A stretch of 64,000 nucleotides of DNA from a virus. Shown piece by piece: positions 63,989 through 64,000 of the stretch (the first letter of the stretch is position 1; every line of letters begins with the position of its first letter). Where the stretch lies: the IMG/VR virus record IMGVR_UViG_3300007513_000005. One strand, written 5' to 3'. A program made the position numbers and the translations under genes. The notes under the pieces were generated by a model. That model was given only the letters and a program-made list of their open reading frames with translations. It did no database searches and was not told where the DNA came from.

Positions 63989-64000
63989 CTTAATCTCTCT

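Overview
64 kb segment of a large lytic dsDNA bacteriophage genome. It is AT-rich, uses genetic code 11, and essentially all genes lie on the minus strand; the one credible plus-strand gene is 6189..6698. Four zones, left to right: (i) 1-8.8 kb, putative late/virion-cargo genes, many sharing a 14-aa N-terminal leader (MKLIMENWRxFLxE), with a Pol-beta nucleotidyltransferase, Nudix hydrolase, thermonuclease, cysK and an unannotated 24-aa 10-Cys peptide. (ii) 8.9-21.5 kb, an early accessory region of small genes behind duplicated sigma70 promoter modules, with a MoxR AAA+/VWA pair and many KOW/SH3-like miniproteins. (iii) 21.5-36 kb, two tRNAs (Ile2-CAT, Arg-TCT), an RNA ligase, ParB-like orphans, a two-MTase/nuclease cluster, envelope proteins, FKBP PPIase, a KOW-Smr protein and hsp20. 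(iv) 36-64 kb, proteostasis, nucleotide and replication genes: groEL, groES, clpP, IMPDH/GMPR-like, dut, dnaE, thyX, a PiT-like phosphate transporter, class II RNR, helicase, 5'-3' exonuclease, recA, gp32-like SSB and tk. Myxobacterial-type Cys-rich lipoproteins suggest a Gram-negative Myxococcota-like host (inference). Most notable signals: a candidate late promoter (A)CTA[A/G/T]TTA repeatedly embedded in hairpins that sequester the RBS or start codon; a capsid-targeting-like leader on unrelated proteins including enzymes; a metallothionein-like mini-gene next to cysK; a ROSE-type RNA thermometer on hsp20; and a Pho-box-like repeat upstream of the phosphate transporter. All family assignments are by motif recognition by eye; no database searches were run.
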